Under the pieces are notes generated by a model. That model searched no databases. It was not told the DNA's origin and was given only the letters and a program-made list of their open reading frames with translations. DNA of 64,000 nucleotides, from positions 13,392,001-13,456,000 of the forward strand of contig OZ024743.1 in NCBI GenBank assembly GCA_964016885.1, in the 5' to 3' direction. Shown here one piece after another: positions 59,096-64,000 of the stretch. The stretch is from Eledone cirrhosa (taxonomy: Eukaryota). Each line of letters starts with the position of its first letter. The stretch's first letter is position 1. The position numbers were made by a program, and so were the translations under genes.

Positions 59096-62000
59096 GGCGA
59101 CCTACGTAGTAAATCGTATTATCGTGAGCTCCGCAAATGTTTGTTATTTTCAGTTGTTTAAAATTGCCATTTATGGAAAATTTTTATTGTTAACTGCATA
59201 TAAGTGCACATATATTGTTTTCTGAGAAGGACACTGAAAAAGATTGGGGCGTCGAGCCCAAAATTTAAACTTTTATAATTATCAAACAAAAAAAAAAATT
59301 TCTTTGAAAAATCATGTCAGACTCACAGCTGAACCCAGTAGCTGAGAGCCTTCCTCACACACTAACACCTCACACCGACACCACCATTGTAAATATTACT
59401 ACGTTTGCCAACACTAACAATATAAGCAGTAGCAATATATTGAATTTGTCTCATGCAGACATTCATTTCCCGCCATTACCAATGACTGCAGGTGCTGAAG
59501 CCGCCACCACCACCACCACCACAGCGACAACAGAAACAAAATAAATAAATAAATTATCTCGTGCCATCGAAATGGATTCACCAAAAATGAACTCTTCGAC
59601 ACCGAACACCACTGCGAACACCACCACTACAACTGAAACTAAAATTAACAATAACAAAAATAACGATAACAACAACAGCAACAACAATGAGAATAAGAAA
59701 ACAACCCTGTCTTTTGCCAGAGTAGCAAAAAAGTGCGAAGCAATCCAGGTTGCTCAGGAGGAGTTAGAAGAAGCCAAAAGAATGGTAAAGAAAGATGGGT
59801 ACAGGGTCAGCCCCCCCCACACCTAATAAAATGGAGCATCGGCGCCTATGCACCGTGTCTTATCGGACGATTAACATAAAATCGCGCCGTGTGGAACGGG
59901 CATCCGAGTCCCAAATCCAAAAAGCTTTGGGACATGTGTGGGCAAAAAAACCGCCACATCAGACGTGGGCAGAAATATGGAACCGAGGACGTGTTCTTTG
60001 GAACACCACAGGAGGCCAGAGAACACTCCATGGCCCCATTAAGAAGTGACGACTTCACACTCGTCCCAACCTATTGTGGCCAGAGACTCGTGAAGATCAA
60101 GGTGACCCTCGTTCCACCAGCCATCGAAATTCCCTGGCTAATGGCTGCCGTCCTCGCCGGCATCGAGGGCAACAGCAAGATAATCGAAATAGCGAAAGAA
60201 AAGCAGGAGAACTGGTCCGGATCTGGGATGGAGCTCCTGATCCAAGCGGACCAAAAAAGCATTGAGGAGATCCCAGAGGTAATAGATCTCACTGACGGCA
60301 GCCACCTCACCGTAATCGTCGAGGGCAGAAGGCCGAGGTGTCTCGTTTGTGGTGAAGGAACCCACCTAAGGAATTTCTGCCCTCAGGCTAAAAGGTTGAG
60401 GCCACCTCTCTTACCCACCCCAATGACTCAACCATCAACACCACCAGCAGCAGAAATGGAAGCGACAACTGTAGCAGCAACAACAGAAGCAACTGTAACA
60501 GCAACAACCCCAGCAACTGTAGCAAAACCAACACCACCACCACCCAACGCCCCAGAACTAGCACCAGCGCCTACACCATCCACCACGCCACAACCAAAAC
60601 CAACGCCTGTGGAGGAGTTTCCACTCCCCGACCTATCGCAACTGGAGACAGATTGCGACCACGAGGAGTGGGAAACGGTATCAGGAAAAAAGAAAAAAAG
60701 AAAAAAAGAAAAAAAGAAAAAAAGAAAAAGAAACGAAAAAAGAAAAAATCCCCATCCTTCTCCATCCAAAAACAAAATACAGGGGGAAACAAATAAACTA
60801 TCAAAAAAAACGTTAGGACAGCTATGCCACCATCCACACCAGCATCACCAACCCCATCACCACAAACACCAACACCATCACCATCATTAACCCCAACACC
60901 ACCATCACCAACACCACAAAAGTCACCAAAAAGCGAAACATAAACAAACCCACAACAAACGCAAACAAAACAAAACAACCAAAACGATATACACTACACA
61001 GCATTAAATTTGAACAACAACCAATTATTATACTACATCCAACACAACACCAGCATCACAGAAAAAGATTACACAACAATCCAAAAGTTAGCACCACCTC
61101 CACACATACAAATCACTCGCATCACAGAGAAAACGTACACGACACTAAAGCAAAAATTCCCCAAAGACATCGGAGACTTCCGACAAACACTCTCCAGGAG
61201 GATTTATAAGGACATCCTTCCGGAGGAGGTCAGAAGCAGTGAAAAGGATGGAGAAACCATGCTTCCTCTACGAGAAGTAAGGTAACTGGTCTTTCCCATC
61301 TTTTCTACTCCATATGACCTCACTCAGAATAGGCAGGCATAAATGCGCGTGGCTTGGGGTCGTCATGGAAGCAGGGCCACCTGCTCAACGACCTCAAGTC
61401 ACTAAACATAGATGTAGAGGCCATCAGCGAGACCAGAATCTCCGAAGCACGGGCCTTCGCATCGATCTTCGGCGGCTACGATGTGTACGCATCTCCCAGA
61501 CGTCCTGGATCGGGGGTGGAGTTGCTGTGCTTTTTCGGTGAGGTTTGGATCTCGCCATACGGGCCATCTTCCTGGACCCAGAGGGTAAGTTGGTGGTGCT
61601 GGACGTGACCAGCGGAGACGGGCAAGCTTTCAGGCTAGTGGCCGTCTATGCCCCGACAGGAGCAGGGCGGCCTGATTTCTTTGGGAGTCTGGAGAACTAC
61701 CTTGGAACGTCCCGCTCTTTAGTGGTAGTGGGCGACTGGAACGGGATCTTAGATGCACGCTGGGACTGTGTGGGATTAGCGGATAGGGGAGGAGGGTGCA
61801 AGAGCCTCACCAACTTGCTCAGGCGTTTTGAACTGTCTGACAGGTACCGATTGGATTTCCCGAATGTGCCAATGTGGACTTGGACAAATCGCATAGGGTC
61901 ATCCAGATCATATCTAGATAGAGTATTTTATAGGGAAATAGATAGGTCTAGCTTAGGCTGTCCACAATTCACGATAGTCAGCTACACGGACCACAGATTC

Positions 62001-64000
62001 CTGATCTGTGTGCTTGACTTAGATAGGCTTCATAGAGGAGGACCCGGCTACTGGAAGCTAAACGCGTCCTTACCAGCGCGCAAGGCCTACAGAGACCGGA
62101 TTAGCGAACTAGTTAAGCGTGCGTTGACGGGGGCCATCCTCAACAACAAGTGGTGCTTTGCTCTGAAAAGAGCGATTAGAATAGAATACATTAGGTTTAG
62201 TAAAGCTTTAGCAATAGAGAAAAATAGTGCTGAGGGAGAACTAGTTAGAAAATTAGACGAGGCGCTTAGCAAAGGCATTGCGACCGACGTACTTGCGGCG
62301 AAATTGGCCCTTGACCAATTCTTCAATGCAATGCACGAAGGCTGCGTTGTCAGAGCTAGGGTGCTTGCTTTCAGACACTAGGGGACGAAAGCCGTTCAAT
62401 GGGCCCGTCGTGGCAACAAAGCCACGATCCGGTCTTTGGTGGACCACGACGGGCGCATGCTACTCGATCCCGGGCAAATGTGTGAAGCTTTTCAACGACA
62501 CTTCGCTCAGCTATTCGGGGGCAGCGGTGGGGCGGGTCGAGGGATGGACTTTAGTGTCTACCTCGACGGATTGCCGCGGCTCTCGGCCACTGAGGCGGAG
62601 TGTTGCGAAAAGCCGATAACAGCTGCTGAAGTAAGGGAGACAATGACTGGCTGCACAAGGGGTAAATTGTCCACGACAACCTCCACCTCATGCGATACAT
62701 CGTAGAGAGGGTAGCTAGGGAACCCGGCACGGGTGGGTCCTTGATCAATTTAGATCAGTCGAATGCTTTCGATAGGGTCGACCATCGTTACCTAGCGGCA
62801 GTCCTGAGGGCAGCTGGCTTTGGGCCCGTCTTCAGAGGCTGGATCGCTGCCATGCACAGCGACATATGCTCTGTGGTGAGAGTGAACGGTCAACTTTCGG
62901 AACCGTTCAACATCATGCGCTCGGTCCGCCAAGGATGTCCCCTCTCGTCCCTCTTGTACGTATTGACTCTCGAGCCATTACTGCACAAACTGGAGACGTT
63001 GAGGGGCGTCCCGCGCGAACTAGGATGCGGAAGATCCGTGTCAGCATATGCGGACGATGTCACCGTAGTGGTGTCGAACGCCAAACACATCGAGGCGATC
63101 GGCACTACACTAAGAGAATACGAAGCGGTGACAGGAGCAATGATCAACCAGGAAAAGTCAGTGGGACTGCAGCTCGGCACCTGGAGAGGCAGCTCCATGC
63201 CGTCCAACAGCGTCGTCGGATGCTGGACGGACGGACCGCTTAAATTACTAGGGGTCTGGTTCGGTCCGGACCTCCAGACGGACAAAAACTGGAACGAGGT
63301 GACGAGCAGTATTGCCACCTCACTCAGAAATGGGCGGAGAGGAAGCTATCCCTGAAAGGTCGAGCGGAGGTGGCTAACGACACATCTCGTCCGTCATCTG
63401 CTACCGCCTGACCGTCGTACCTTGTCCTAAGCCCCGCCTGACTGCGCTGGAGCGTTTGCTCTTTCGTGTTTTGTGGAAGGGACGCGCTCCGATGGTCAGG
63501 CGGTCCATCTGCTGTCAACACTCGCTACGTGGAGGGCTGTGAATGCCGTGGCTGATGATGCGCAGACACGCGCTCAGGCTACGACATCTCCACCTCTTCC
63601 TCGACGGTGATCAGGTGTGGTCGCCGTTTGCTAGACACGTATTTCCCCAGCTCCTGTCCTTGACGGAGCTGAAGTCATGGGTCAAGCGAAGACCGAGAGG
63701 GAGCGCCTGGAGACTGGAATGTCTTCAGGCGCTCACAGCCCTCGACCAATCGGGCAATGTGATCGGTGGAAACTCCACCTCGGCGTTCTATAGAGGATTA
63801 GTGGAGGGGAAGAGCGACGACGTACTTGGGGAAACTCCAGGCGTCGACGAAAATAAACTAGCCAATCTCTTCGGATGAACTTTCGGGCCGGGCCCTATGG
63901 ACAACTTCCAGAAATCTCTGGCCTGGCAGTGCTACCGAGGAGCCTTGCCAGTTCGGGATAAACTCTACAGGCATGGAGGTGCCGTCAGCCGGGCATGTCC
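59096..64000 (+). mobile_element. Tx1-clade LINE copy 2 (different subfamily, disrupted, runs off the window)
   Basis: Starts GGC right after (ATT)18. ORF1 GRRPRCLVCGEGTHLRNFC; ORF2 VYAP, GDWN, YLDRVF, TDH, DQSNAFD, QGCPLS, YADD. About 300-bp deletion near 62665. Confidence 0.92.

Overview
Very AT-rich, microsatellite-dense animal DNA. The SINE family and repeat landscape suggest an octopod cephalopod (inference). Two convergent host genes: (1) a spliced + strand gene missed by the ORF track (six GT-AG exons, 1062-24483, start codon not found) encoding an HEXXH...E zinc metalloprotease resembling the bacterial anthrax-lethal-factor/PPEP/MtfA-type zincins; (2) a single-exon Toll-like receptor on the - strand (32879-34963). 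Introns and intergenic DNA hold Penelope-like (GIY-YIG) remnants with four recognisable minimal type-I hammerhead ribozymes, a hAT-like TIR element, a Helitron-like element, tRNA-derived Meta-core SINEs and several fold-back inverted repeats. From about 40.2 kb to the window end is a pile-up of retrotransposons at one trinucleotide microsatellite. R4/Dong-type RLE elements lie on the - strand, while Tx1-clade APE LINEs and a SINE lie on the + strand, usually separated by (ATT)n. The SINE 3' tail resembles the Tx1 3' end. All calls come from reading the sequence by eye; no searches or folding programs were run.
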